A stretch of 64,000 nucleotides of DNA. It comes from Eubacteriales bacterium. Its GTDB lineage: Bacteria; Bacillota; Clostridia; Oscillospirales; CAG-382. The position numbers and the translations under genes were made by a program. Below the pieces are notes generated by a model. It was not told where the DNA came from and ran no database searches. It saw only the letters and a list, made by a program, of their open reading frames with translations. Positions 18,578 to 28,234 of this stretch are shown in pieces. The stretch spans positions 52,004 through 116,003 of the forward strand of contig JAZTZW010000018.1 in NCBI GenBank assembly GCA_045637685.1, written 5' to 3'. The first letter of the stretch is position 1. Every line of letters begins with the position of its first letter.

Positions 18578-19081
18578 TTATTCCTTTTCCTCGATCTTTT
18601 CTATTTCACAGATATAAACGGTGTGGTAATCGCCGTTATAGTGCTTTTCGATATCCTCGGATATGAACGCCTTGGGGTCTAATTTGCCTGCGTATATCTT
18701 TTTGCCGTATATAATGCGTTCTGCCTCTTCAAAGCCCACGTTGCCGTTTTCCGAAAACGGGGTAAGCTTTGCAAGCGCAAGCTTATCGCAATCTCTGCCG
18801 CTTTTTCTGCCGCAAATCGTTAACGCCTCGCGGTATTCCTCGCCGAAGAAGGAGATAGAGATTTTATCGCTTTCCTCGGTGAATTCGTGGGTGTAGCGCT
18901 GCGGTCTTACAAAACAGAAAAATACGTTTTTGTTCCAAAGCACACCCATCGCGCCCCAGCTTGCTGTCATCGTATTAATGCTTCCGTCGTTCTTTTGCGC
19001 GCTGATAAGCATCCATTTTTTGCCTATGTCGGTAAAAACGCAGTTGTTAAGCTCTTCTGCTTTTATTTCCTTAAAAGCCAT
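18578..19081 (-). CDS. flavin reductase-like FMN-binding protein
   Basis: NTMTASWG motif. Start set to the ATG at 19081 (MAFKEIK...), 2 nt after the upstream stop; the 5' extension to 19228 would overlap the FkbM gene. Confidence 0.75.
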   Translation of the reverse strand: MAFKEIKAEELNNCVFTDIGKKWMLISAQKNDGSINTMTASWGAMGVLWNKNVFFCFVRPQRYTHEFTEESDKISISFFGEEYREALTICGRKSGRDCDKLALAKLTPFSENGNVGFEEAERIIYGKKIYAGKLDPKAFISEDIEKHYNGDYHTVYICEIEKIEEKE

Positions 19082-19083
19082 TA

Positions 19084-20151
19084 TTAACCCTCCGTAACAT
19101 ATAGAAAGAAGTCCCAAGCGGGAACATATTCCTTTTTTCGCAAGTAAAATTTGTATCTGTGGTTGTGCATACGCAAAAGCAAGGGGATTTCGGTAATATC
19201 GTAAGCGCGGTGGTAAAGCGCAACGCAAATATTCGGCTTACAGCAGTATATCGTGTTTACCGCGCCGCATATAACCGCTTCATCCATACCCTCTGCGTCT
19301 ATCTTAATACTGCCCACCGGCGTTCCGTTTGCCGCGATATGCGTGTATCCGCAGTATTCGTCGACCGAATAGCAATCTATATCCTCGCCCTCGCCACAAT
19401 GCGAAGCGCGTCCCCCGCCCGAGGCAAAGCCCAAACGACCGTTTTTTTGACCCGCCGCGGCGTTAATGCATTTGCAATCGCGCACAGTCGACGTGTTTTT
19501 TAAAAGCTTTTTGTGGGTGTTTTTGTCGGGCTCAAACGCGATTATATCGCTGTATTCGCGGTTGTAGCCTATAAATTCGTTTACCGTGTCGCCGTCATAA
19601 GCGCCGATATCGATATGGCGTTTTTCGTGTGTATAAAATCCCTTCGGCGGGGTAAGCCCGTTGTTGCCTTCGAGATACGAAATATCTCCGCTTACATTAT
19701 ATTTAAGCAGACTTAAAAATATTTCCTTCGATTGCTCATCCGCAAGCATTTCATAAACCCGTTCAAACCGTTCGAGGTTGGCAAAAATATGTGCCTTGTC
19801 GCACACGCCTTCGCCGAAAACGGGAAGGTTTGGGGATATTATTCGGTGTTTTTTCGAAATTTCCTTTAAAAAGTGCGCCTTTTCGCCCTCTAACCCAAAG
19901 CATAGCACCAAGCATAGCGAGCCGTGCTTCGCTTCGGCTTCCGAAATTGCGGTAACCTCAAAGCCCAAAAATTCCTGCCCGCGCACAAAGCCGTCGGATG
20001 CGACAACGCCGCGTATTTCAACGCCGTTTTCACAAAGATAGGAGTGGATTTTTTCTGCGCCGTTGCCCATTCCGTAAAGAAATATCGGGCGTGCTTCGGC
20101 AAGCAGGCTTTCGCACACCGAAGGCAGCGGGGAAAGGATTTCGGCTATCAT
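19084..20151 (-). CDS. FkbM-family methyltransferase
   Basis: IDIGAYDGDTVNEF SAM-binding motif typical of FkbM-family proteins in the C-terminal half. 355 aa. Confidence 0.7.
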   Translation of the reverse strand: MIAEILSPLPSVCESLLAEARPIFLYGMGNGAEKIHSYLCENGVEIRGVVASDGFVRGQEFLGFEVTAISEAEAKHGSLCLVLCFGLEGEKAHFLKEISKKHRIISPNLPVFGEGVCDKAHIFANLERFERVYEMLADEQSKEIFLSLLKYNVSGDISYLEGNNGLTPPKGFYTHEKRHIDIGAYDGDTVNEFIGYNREYSDIIAFEPDKNTHKKLLKNTSTVRDCKCINAAAGQKNGRLGFASGGGRASHCGEGEDIDCYSVDEYCGYTHIAANGTPVGSIKIDAEGMDEAVICGAVNTIYCCKPNICVALYHRAYDITEIPLLLRMHNHRYKFYLRKKEYVPAWDFFLYVTEG

Positions 20152-21017
20152 AGGTCTTCCTCGACGTGGCTTTTAAAGCCTTCACCGAAAACGTTCGTCG
20201 CCTTGGTGACAATAACGAATGCGTCGCTGTCGACCTGCCTTATAATCTCGCGCGCTTGGGGAACAGAGCGCATTCTGAGCGCGCACATAAGCACCTTGCG
20301 CTCCTTGCCCGTGTATGCGCCGTTGCCGTGCAAAAAGGTTGCGCCTGCGTCCACCTCTTTTAAAAGCCTTTCGGCTATTTCGGAGTCGTGGTCGCTTATA
20401 ATATAAACCATTCGCGCCTCGTCCGAGCCGTAAAGCACGGTATTAAGCACGTTCATTTGTAAAAATACCGCAATACCCGCGTAAAGCGCCTTGTCCACCT
20501 CGCCGAAAACGATACCCGACATAAGACAGATAAGCCCGTCGGTAAAAAGGAATATTGCGCCCGTGGAAATATGCGGGAATTTAAGGCGCAGAAGCTTAAC
20601 GATAATATCGGTGCCCGCCGTTGTTGCGCCGCCGCGGAACACAAGACCGATACCCGCCGCAACCAGCACCGCACCGCCGACACAGGCAAGCAATACGCTT
20701 TCGGTAAGCGGGGGCAGGAAAAGCTCGAGCAGGGTCATTACACCCGAGCTGACTGCGAGCGCGTAAAAGGTGGGGAGCAAAATTTTTGCACCCAGCTTCC
20801 ACACCCCTGCAATCATTATGGGAATATTGAAAATTATCACCCAAGTACCCGTGGGCAAAATGTCGAAAATGCTGTTTATGATTATCGCAATACCCGAAAC
20901 CCCGCCCGAGGCAAGCTCGTTCGGGCCGAGGAACAGCGAAACGCCCGCGGCGTAAAGTATGCAGCCCAAGGTTATCAGAGAATAGTTTTTAAAGGTGCGC
21001 GAAAGGTTTTTGTTCAT
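20148..21017 (-). CDS. YitT-family membrane protein (DUF2179 C-terminal domain)
   Basis: Five hydrophobic helices plus a C-terminal soluble domain, with YitT-like GGxSGIAII and GGATTAGTDI motifs. Confidence 0.85.
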   Translation of the reverse strand: MNKNLSRTFKNYSLITLGCILYAAGVSLFLGPNELASGGVSGIAIIINSIFDILPTGTWVIIFNIPIMIAGVWKLGAKILLPTFYALAVSSGVMTLLELFLPPLTESVLLACVGGAVLVAAGIGLVFRGGATTAGTDIIVKLLRLKFPHISTGAIFLFTDGLICLMSGIVFGEVDKALYAGIAVFLQMNVLNTVLYGSDEARMVYIISDHDSEIAERLLKEVDAGATFLHGNGAYTGKERKVLMCALRMRSVPQAREIIRQVDSDAFVIVTKATNVFGEGFKSHVEEDL

Positions 21018-21458
21018 TTAATTAACCTGCGATTCGTGATAGTAATAATCGAGCTCGGTGTTCAGCACCATTGCGACAGATACTATGCCGTAGCCGTTTT
21101 CGTTATCCAGAATAATAAGCTCCACCGTGTAAAAAAGCTCGTTAACACGTGCGATATAGCTGCAACGCAGAGCGCCGTCCATATCCTTTATCTTTGCTTT
21201 TCCCACCCCGCTTAAATTGGTAAGCGGATGCCCCACGGTAAGATATTGCTTTTCGAGCGTTTGGTAAAACGTATCGTCGGGCATAGCCGTTTCGGTATGG
21301 TCGGGGTGAAGATATTTTTTCATCTCCGCTTCGTCGCGGATAAGCAGGGCGGTTATAAATTTGTTTGCGTATTCGTCGGCGGCTTCGTAGCTTTCGGTGC
21401 AGGAGGCAAGCGGAAGCACAAGCAGCACGGCGAGCAATAAAAGTAAGCTTCTTTTCAT
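21018..21458 (-). CDS. hypothetical lipoprotein
   Basis: Signal peptide with lipobox (LLVLPLASC). 146 aa. Confidence 0.65.
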   Translation of the reverse strand: MKRSLLLLLAVLLVLPLASCTESYEAADEYANKFITALLIRDEAEMKKYLHPDHTETAMPDDTFYQTLEKQYLTVGHPLTNLSGVGKAKIKDMDGALRCSYIARVNELFYTVELIILDNENGYGIVSVAMVLNTELDYYYHESQVN

Positions 21459-21466
21459 ATTATGCG

Positions 21467-22882
21467 CTATCCTATAACGTAAGTTCCAAAGTAGTGGCGT
21501 TTTATAAGAATGTAATCGTATTGGTCGACGGAGCTGTCCTTGTTGACATCGCTCGTAAGGCTTTGAAGCGCATCGGGCGAATAGGTTTCGAAATAAATGC
21601 GCTTTGCAAGAATGTAATCGTAGGTATCGACAGTACCCGTGCCGTTAATATCGCCGAGCACCGCAACGGTATATGAATTTGTTCCGTCGGTAAGTATATA
21701 GCCCGTGCAGACGTCGCCTTCGGTTATTTCGTTTCCTTCCTTATCGGTAAGAGTAAAGCCGTTAAGCGGCGCAAGGAAATCCGAAGCCGAGGTTTTTTCG
21801 GCAACGAAGCACAAAAATCCGTTTTCGATAATATATCCAAGCTCATCGGGGATAATTCCCGTCCCGCCCTTTTCGACCGAAACCGAAATACTGCTTCCGC
21901 TACCGGAAACGATTTGGTTTAGGTTATTAAGCGCAAGCACGCTTTCGCCGCCTACCGAAAAATTACCGATATCGCCTTCGCTTGCGATAATTTTAAAGGG
22001 GACGGTGACCGTTAGCGAGCTTCCCGAATCGAGCCGTTCGGATTTTGTTATGGATTCTGCCGTTACAGCCGCAAAGCGCAGGATATAAACCCCTTCGGCT
22101 TCATCAAGCGTGCACATCTGCTCCCAGCCGTTTTGCGGCATATCTGTCATAAATATATCCATTTGGGCGGCGGTGTTTTCGGTTATCTCGGGGGCAAACA
22201 CGGTTTTGTCGTATTTCAGCGCGAGCTGAAGCGCGATTATACCCGCGGTGTCGCCAAGGTTGGTTACCTTTATTTTTAAATTGTAGCTTCCGTTTTCGTT
22301 CGCTCTTTCGTTTCCGTTAAGCGAAATTGCAAGCTTTTGGGCTTCGCTGTCGGCAAAAACGGTAAGATTGCCTCCTTTGCCCGACATCGGGGTATAGCTT
22401 TCGTCCGCGGCTATTGCAATAACGTCGGCGTCGTTTACCGTAAAGCTAAAGCTTCCCGCCTTTTTTACGGTAAAGGGGATTTCTAAAGTAAGCTCGCCCG
22501 CCGCGTCCAAATAGCTGTTGCCGCTATCGGGAAGAGCAAAGCGGAAATGGTAATACCCGCTTGTCGAATGAAAGCTCATCTGCTCCCACCCTTCGGGCAT
22601 TTTAGCAACAAGCGCGTCCATTTCTCTGCCGTCTTCGGTGTTTTCTGTTATAATCGGGGTAACGTATTCGCTGTTGTAGCTCAGTATAAATTCAAGCCCC
22701 GCAAGCGCAACGGCAGGCTTCGAAAGCGTTATTTTTATCTTCACCTCGCCGCCCGAATAGGCGTCGCCCTCGCAGGAAAGGAAAAGACTTACCGCGTCTG
22801 CTTCGGCTTTTATTTTAACCGTCGGAACGGCAAGGCAGAGTATAAGCAATAATATTACCGTTTTTAATCCGAACGATTTCAT
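21467..22882 (-). CDS. secreted protein with two cohesin-like modules and a C-terminal dockerin
   Basis: Signal peptide, then two ~140-aa beta-rich modules with the shared pattern (L.Y....V.P.ITENT...M....MP.GWEQM). C-terminal duplicated Ca-binding dockerin segments are DINGTGTVDTYDY and DVNKDSSVDQYDY. Confidence 0.75.
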   Translation of the reverse strand: MKSFGLKTVILLLILCLAVPTVKIKAEADAVSLFLSCEGDAYSGGEVKIKITLSKPAVALAGLEFILSYNSEYVTPIITENTEDGREMDALVAKMPEGWEQMSFHSTSGYYHFRFALPDSGNSYLDAAGELTLEIPFTVKKAGSFSFTVNDADVIAIAADESYTPMSGKGGNLTVFADSEAQKLAISLNGNERANENGSYNLKIKVTNLGDTAGIIALQLALKYDKTVFAPEITENTAAQMDIFMTDMPQNGWEQMCTLDEAEGVYILRFAAVTAESITKSERLDSGSSLTVTVPFKIIASEGDIGNFSVGGESVLALNNLNQIVSGSGSSISVSVEKGGTGIIPDELGYIIENGFLCFVAEKTSASDFLAPLNGFTLTDKEGNEITEGDVCTGYILTDGTNSYTVAVLGDINGTGTVDTYDYILAKRIYFETYSPDALQSLTSDVNKDSSVDQYDYILIKRHYFGTYVIG

Positions 22883-22908
22883 AGTAAGCCTTTGTAAGTC
22901 CTTTCTCG

Positions 22909-23739
22909 TTATTTGTTAATTATTTTGTAAATTTCACCTTTTCCTACACCGCGGTCGCGCGAGACGGCTTTGCAGGCGTCCATTTTCGAAAGCCCGAGCG
23001 AAATATAATGCTCGACGTGCTCCTCGATGCTCATTTCCGACCAGAATGCCTCTTCCTCGGGCATTCCTTCGATAACCATTACGTATTCGCCCTTTTTTTC
23101 GGCGGGCGTAAGCGCTTTAAAGCCTTCGGCAAGCTCGCTGACCGTTCCGCGGAAATAACGCTCGTGAAGCTTGGTAAGCTCCTTACAAAGCACGCATTTG
23201 CGGTCGTTAAAGGCGTTTGCAAGCTCGTTTAAATAGCTTTCGGCATCGTGCGGGGAAATATAAAGTATAAAGGTGCGCTTTTCGCGAGTGAGCTCGCTTA
23301 TGCGTTCTCTTCTTTCGCGGTTGTTTTCGGGAAGAAAGCCTTCGAAGCAGAATCTGCGCGAGGGAAGCCCCGAAGCCGATATTGCAACTATCGCCGCGCA
23401 GGCACCCGGAAGCGCGCAAACGTCAATACCCGCCTGCGAGCAGGCAAGCACCAATCTTTCGCCGGGGTCGGAAACGGCGGGAGTGCCCGCATCGGTTATA
23501 AGCGCACAGCTTTCGCCGCTTTGTATGCGTTCGATAATCGCTTCGGTATCTCTGCGCGAGGTATGCTCGTGGTAGGCAACCAAAGGCTTTTTAATGCCCA
23601 AAAGCATTAAAAGCTTACCGCCTACGCGCGTATCCTCCGCGGCGATAAAATCTGCGTTTTCAAGCGTTTCCTTCGCGCGCAGAGTCATATCCCCCATATT
23701 TCCTATCGGGGTGGGTACGATATAAAGTGTTCCTGCCAT
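22909..23739 (-). CDS. rsmI: 16S rRNA (cytidine1402-2'-O)-methyltransferase
   Basis: LYIVPTPIGNMGDMTLRA and AEDTR motifs. 276 aa. Confidence 0.9.
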   Translation of the reverse strand: MAGTLYIVPTPIGNMGDMTLRAKETLENADFIAAEDTRVGGKLLMLLGIKKPLVAYHEHTSRRDTEAIIERIQSGESCALITDAGTPAVSDPGERLVLACSQAGIDVCALPGACAAIVAISASGLPSRRFCFEGFLPENNRERRERISELTREKRTFILYISPHDAESYLNELANAFNDRKCVLCKELTKLHERYFRGTVSELAEGFKALTPAEKKGEYVMVIEGMPEEEAFWSEMSIEEHVEHYISLGLSKMDACKAVSRDRGVGKGEIYKIINK

Positions 23740-23740
23740 A

Positions 23741-25294
23741 TCAGTCTACTTTTTTTGCCTTTTTCTTGTGCTTCCAAACGCGAAGCTTCATATAAACCTT
23801 GGGAAGGTGGTCGATAAGAATATTCTTTAATCCGTTACGCACCTTCGAATATCCGTCGTGAATCCAAACGAGGAATTTATAGGGAACGTGCTTGCCCGTA
23901 GCGCGGTGGTCGAGCCACTTTTCGTAAGGCTTTCCAAGCCATTCGGGCATAGCGTAAGCCCATTTATATCTGCGCACGAAATGCGCGAAGTATGCCTGAA
24001 GATACAAAACCTCATGCTCGGGGAATTGCGGCTGAACAAGCGGAACGCGCGCATCGGGCGAAACGCCGCCTTCGGGAATAAAGCCGCCCTCCATCGCAAT
24101 ATCGTAAAGCTTTGTGCCGGGGTAGGGGTAAAAAATGTTGGGAATAACTCTGTCCGCGCCCGCCTTTGCGTTCAGCTTAATGGTTTTAAGCGCGCGGTGC
24201 TTATCCTCGTAAGGAAGACCGATTATGTTATAGGTAAGCTGTGCGATACCGTATTTATGGAACCACTTACTGCAGTTAATAATCATTTCGTCGGTCATAT
24301 AGCGCTTAAGATACTTAAAGCGCATTTCCTGATCGCCGCTTTCCAAGCCCATATCGATAGTGTAACAGCCCGCTTCCTTCATCTTGCGCACCGAATCCTC
24401 GGTAAGAATATCGAAACGGATGTTGCCCGTGAAGGGAAGGTGAATTTCCTTGGTGTAAAGCTCCAAGAATTTGTCGGTCCAATCGGGCATCATATTAAAT
24501 ATCGCGTCGCGGAAGTTTATAACCTTTATCTGCGGGTGCTTCGAGAGCAGGGTTTTAAGATAAAGAATACCGTTTTCGGGCGAGCGGAAGCGCGAATATA
24601 TTTTTTTGTTGGGGTAAACGTTTCTGAACTGCGAGTTACCGCAGTAGGTGCAGTTATAACGGCAGCCGCGGCTCATCATAACTATTGCCGTGCCAACCTT
24701 TACGCTGTCGAGATTGTCGTAATCGAACAGCTCGAAATCGGGAATGGGAAGTCGGTCAAGGTCCTCGAAAAGGGGAGCAACGGGGTTTTTCTTAATGCTT
24801 CCGTCATCCATTCTGAACCACATCGAGAGGATGTTTGTATAATCCTCGCCCGCGCTCATTTTGTCGGCAAGCTCAAGCGCTTGGTATTCGCCGTCGCCGA
24901 TAGTAAGTGCGTCGATACCCGAAAGCGACATTACCTCATCGGGCGCAAGAGTGCAATGATAACTGCCCGCGGTGATAAACGCTTCGGGCATAACCTCTTT
25001 GGTCCACTTTATATAAAGCTGGCTGTCGGGGAACGCGGTGGTGCGTATCGAAAAGCCGACAATATCGAATTCGCCCAATGCCTTTAATTTTTCCTTAAAT
25101 TCCTGCTCGCTGTGAAGATAAAGCAGGTGCATCAATTTAACGTCGTGGCCGCCCTGCTTCATTACTGCCGAAATCGAAGCCAAGCCTTCGGAATAGTTAC
25201 CGCCGGTAAGCTTACCGGTCAACTCTCTGTCTGTATAGTCGGGGTAAACGAGAAGCTCGCGTACCTTTCTGCCGTTCAAATTTTTAAGTCCCAT
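23741..25294 (-). CDS. B12-binding domain radical SAM protein
   Basis: CxxxCxxC (CRYNCTYC) after an N-terminal B12-binding-like domain. 517 aa. Confidence 0.85.
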   Translation of the reverse strand: MGLKNLNGRKVRELLVYPDYTDRELTGKLTGGNYSEGLASISAVMKQGGHDVKLMHLLYLHSEQEFKEKLKALGEFDIVGFSIRTTAFPDSQLYIKWTKEVMPEAFITAGSYHCTLAPDEVMSLSGIDALTIGDGEYQALELADKMSAGEDYTNILSMWFRMDDGSIKKNPVAPLFEDLDRLPIPDFELFDYDNLDSVKVGTAIVMMSRGCRYNCTYCGNSQFRNVYPNKKIYSRFRSPENGILYLKTLLSKHPQIKVINFRDAIFNMMPDWTDKFLELYTKEIHLPFTGNIRFDILTEDSVRKMKEAGCYTIDMGLESGDQEMRFKYLKRYMTDEMIINCSKWFHKYGIAQLTYNIIGLPYEDKHRALKTIKLNAKAGADRVIPNIFYPYPGTKLYDIAMEGGFIPEGGVSPDARVPLVQPQFPEHEVLYLQAYFAHFVRRYKWAYAMPEWLGKPYEKWLDHRATGKHVPYKFLVWIHDGYSKVRNGLKNILIDHLPKVYMKLRVWKHKKKAKKVD

Positions 25295-25318
25295 TTTTTA
25301 TTCCCTCATTAAAATGTT

Positions 25319-27802
25319 TTAGTCTTTTGCGTCGTACCAGCTTTTGCCCGTGCCTATATCTACCTGAAGCGGAACGCGTAATTCAGCCGCGGTCTGCATC
25401 GCTTCACGCAGTATTTCTTTTGCGCGGTCTGCTTCTTCAATCGGAGCTTCTATTATCAGCTCGTCGTGTATCTGTAATATAAGCTTTGCCTTTAAGCCTG
25501 CGTCGGCAAGCATTTTATCGGCGCGTATCATCGCAATCTTTATCAAATCCGCCGCCGCGCCCTGAATCGGGGTGTTCATCGCAACGCGTTCGCCGAATGC
25601 TTGTAAATTTTTGTTGCTCGACGTTATTTCGGGTACTTGGCGTATTCTGCCGAACATCGTTTCAACGTAGCCGTTTTCACGCGCGCTTCGTTTGGTTTCA
25701 TCTAAATATTCGCGCACGCCCGAATATTTCGCAAGATAGCTTCGTATATATTCCGCGGCGGTCTTTTTCGGTATTTTAAGGTCCTGCGAAAGCGAATAAT
25801 CGCCTATGCCGTAGATTATGCCGAAGTTTACCGCCTTTGCGCGCTTTCTCATTTCGCCCGTCACCGAATCGAGCGGGACACCGAATACCTGACTCGCGGT
25901 TACCGTGTGTATATCCTCGCCGTTAATAAAGGCGTTTATAAGCGTTTCGTCGTTCGCAACGTGTGCCAACACGCGAAGCTCTATTTGCGAATAGTCGGCA
26001 TCGATAAGCACATACCCCTCGTCCGCCACAAAGAACTTGCGTAATTCCTTGCCCTTTTCGCTACGAACCGGAATGTTTTGCAGATTCGGCTCTGCCGAAG
26101 AAAGCCTGCCCGTAAGCGTTTGCGATTGCTTAAAGGTGGTGTGTATTCGTCCGTCCTCGCTTATCTGCTTGCCCAAGCCGTTGCAATAGGTGTTTTTCAG
26201 CTTGGTGTTTTTGCGGTAGTCGAGAATCAATTCGATTATCGGGTGGTAATCGACAAGCTTTTCGAGCACCGAAACGTCGGTCGAATAGCCGCTTTTCGTT
26301 TTACGGTAGTGGGGAAGCATAAGCTTTTCGAAAAGTATTACACCCAACTGCTTTGTTGAGTTAATATTGAATTTTTCGCCCGCGAGCGCCCATATTGCCT
26401 CTTCTTCCTCGTAAATTGCGCGTTCAAGCGCGTTCCCAAAGGTATAAAGCGCATTTTTATCGACCTTGAAGCCGCGGTGCTCCATATCGCAAAGCACCCT
26501 TGCAAGCGGAAGCTCGATATTTTGATAAAGCGAGCGCAGAGAAGGAGTAAGCCTTTCGCTTAACGCCTTATAAAGCTTCGGAAGAAGCGAAAGCTTAACA
26601 TCGGCAGAGGATACGCCCAAAAGGTCGAGCGCAAGCTTGCCGAAGGTCACGCCGTTATCGGCAGGCGAGACGACGTAAGCCATCAGGGAAACATCATCAA
26701 GCTCGGGCGGTAATTCAAGCCTTGCGTTTTTCGCGATATGCAAAATTTCCTTAACCGACCAGCAAACCGCCTTTTTCGCGCCCGCAATCGCGGTTAAGCC
26801 GCTTTCGGCTTCGCCTTTATAAAGCTTTTCGTCGAAGCAGACAAGAATTTCGTCGTTTTCGGTGTGAAGAAACACCGTTTCGCCCTCGACCGAGGGGAGA
26901 TTTGAAATCGGAAGAAGCTCTTCCTCTTCTGCCGCTTGCGGTGCGGCGGATTCGAGCTTTTCCAAAAACTGCCTAAAGCCCAAGCGCGTGTATAGCGCGC
27001 GGAGCGCGGGAATGTCGCCGCCCTTATATGCGCATTCGCCAACATCACAGCCAAGCGGAACATCTAACTTTATTTCGGCAAGAAAACGCGAGGTATATGC
27101 GCTTTCTCTGCCTTCTGCCAGCTTTTTGTTGGTGCTTCCCGTAATATTATCGAGATTTGCATACACGTTATCGAGCGAGCCGTATTCGGTTATAAGCTTT
27201 ATCGCACCCTTTTCGCCGATACCGGGAACACCCGTAATATTATCCGAGCTGTCGCCCATTATCGCCTTTATATCGATAAGCTTTTTCGGCTCTACGCCGT
27301 ATTTTTCCTTTATTTCGGCAGGCGTCGTCACTTTGGTTTCGTCGTTTGCGGCGAGCAGAACCGTAACGTTTTCGTTTATAAGCTGAAAGCTGTCGCGGTC
27401 GCCGGTTACAATAAAGGTGTGGTCGCCGCTTTTTGTAAATTCATAAGAAAGCGTGCCCAAAATATCGTCGGCTTCGTACCCCGCAATTTCTATAACCCTT
27501 AAGCCGAGCGCGCTTGCAAGCTCGTGCGCAAGCGGAAGCTGAAGCGCCAGCTCCTCGGGCATCGGCTTTCTTGTCGCCTTGTAGCTTTCGCACGCTTTAT
27601 GGCGGAAGGTTTTTTCCTTTAAATCAAACGCAATAGCGCAGTAATCGGGATTGCCGCCGATTTGCGAAAACGCCTTGTTTATCATACCGACAAAGCCGAA
27701 AAGCGCGTTGGTCGGCAATCCGTCGGGTGCGCTTAAAGGACGCACGCCGTAAAATGCTCTGTTAAGTATGCTGTTTCCGTCGAATATCAACGCTTTTCCC
27801 AT
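25319..27802 (-). CDS. polA: DNA polymerase I
   Basis: 5'-nuclease N-terminus and polymerase motifs DYSQIELRVLAH, RKRAKAVNFGIIYG, QIHDELI. 827 aa. Confidence 0.95.
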   Translation of the reverse strand: MGKALIFDGNSILNRAFYGVRPLSAPDGLPTNALFGFVGMINKAFSQIGGNPDYCAIAFDLKEKTFRHKACESYKATRKPMPEELALQLPLAHELASALGLRVIEIAGYEADDILGTLSYEFTKSGDHTFIVTGDRDSFQLINENVTVLLAANDETKVTTPAEIKEKYGVEPKKLIDIKAIMGDSSDNITGVPGIGEKGAIKLITEYGSLDNVYANLDNITGSTNKKLAEGRESAYTSRFLAEIKLDVPLGCDVGECAYKGGDIPALRALYTRLGFRQFLEKLESAAPQAAEEEELLPISNLPSVEGETVFLHTENDEILVCFDEKLYKGEAESGLTAIAGAKKAVCWSVKEILHIAKNARLELPPELDDVSLMAYVVSPADNGVTFGKLALDLLGVSSADVKLSLLPKLYKALSERLTPSLRSLYQNIELPLARVLCDMEHRGFKVDKNALYTFGNALERAIYEEEEAIWALAGEKFNINSTKQLGVILFEKLMLPHYRKTKSGYSTDVSVLEKLVDYHPIIELILDYRKNTKLKNTYCNGLGKQISEDGRIHTTFKQSQTLTGRLSSAEPNLQNIPVRSEKGKELRKFFVADEGYVLIDADYSQIELRVLAHVANDETLINAFINGEDIHTVTASQVFGVPLDSVTGEMRKRAKAVNFGIIYGIGDYSLSQDLKIPKKTAAEYIRSYLAKYSGVREYLDETKRSARENGYVETMFGRIRQVPEITSSNKNLQAFGERVAMNTPIQGAAADLIKIAMIRADKMLADAGLKAKLILQIHDELIIEAPIEEADRAKEILREAMQTAAELRVPLQVDIGTGKSWYDAKD

Positions 27803-27862
27803 TAGCTTCGCCTCACATAATTATTCAGTATTATTGTACCACCGAAAAGGCATAAAGTCAAC

Positions 27863-27897
27863 AAAAAAACTGTTGCAAAAATGAATTTGCAACAGTT
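27863..27897 (-). terminator. rho-independent terminator after the 79-aa gene
   Basis: The minus-strand hairpin actgttgcaaa/tttgcaacagt is followed by a T-run. Confidence 0.55.
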
Positions 27898-27918
27898 GAT
27901 TTTTGTGTTTTTCTTTAC

Positions 27919-28158
27919 TTATTTGAGTACCTTGAAGTAGCTGAGGAAGCAGAATACGATACCCGCGGTGATATAAAGACCGATAAGGCTGCCGAGAAGC
28001 GAGAAGATAACGCCGATAATTGCGATTTTTGCAAGTACGCCGATAAGCACGCCGATGATAATGTTGGCTACAACGTGAATAATTACTGCGATAACGAGAG
28101 ATGCAACATCGTTTCTTTCCTTGAAAGAAAACGGCCAAAGCTTTTTAAGAAGATCCAT
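27919..28158 (-). CDS. small hydrophobic membrane protein (79 aa)
   Basis: Two long hydrophobic helices and its own terminator. No family recognised. Confidence 0.55.
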   Translation of the reverse strand: MDLLKKLWPFSFKERNDVASLVIAVIIHVVANIIIGVLIGVLAKIAIIGVIFSLLGSLIGLYITAGIVFCFLSYFKVLK

Positions 28159-28234
28159 AATATTCCTCCTGAATTGTTATGTTTACTACATTATAGCGGG
28201 TGTTATGCCCGAAAGCAATAGTTTTTGGAATTTT

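Noticed and set aside
18578-19228. N-terminal extensions in the ORF track. They affect 18578-19228, 28235-29206, 31803-32696, 39569-40282, 53359-53820, 48226-49413, 44848-46647, 47620-48168, 10880-11893, 43848-44813 and 536-1015.
   Set aside because: The extended parts overlap upstream genes, terminators or promoters, and their sequences are not protein-like. An internal ATG with an SD gives the canonical family N-terminus in each case, so the shorter coordinates were reported.
25319-27802. The short (827 aa) PolA, in which I could not see a DxE ExoI-type proofreading motif.
   Set aside because: Loss of 3'-5' exonuclease motifs is common in family A polymerases of this length (Taq-like). It was judged only by eye and is not unusual enough to report.
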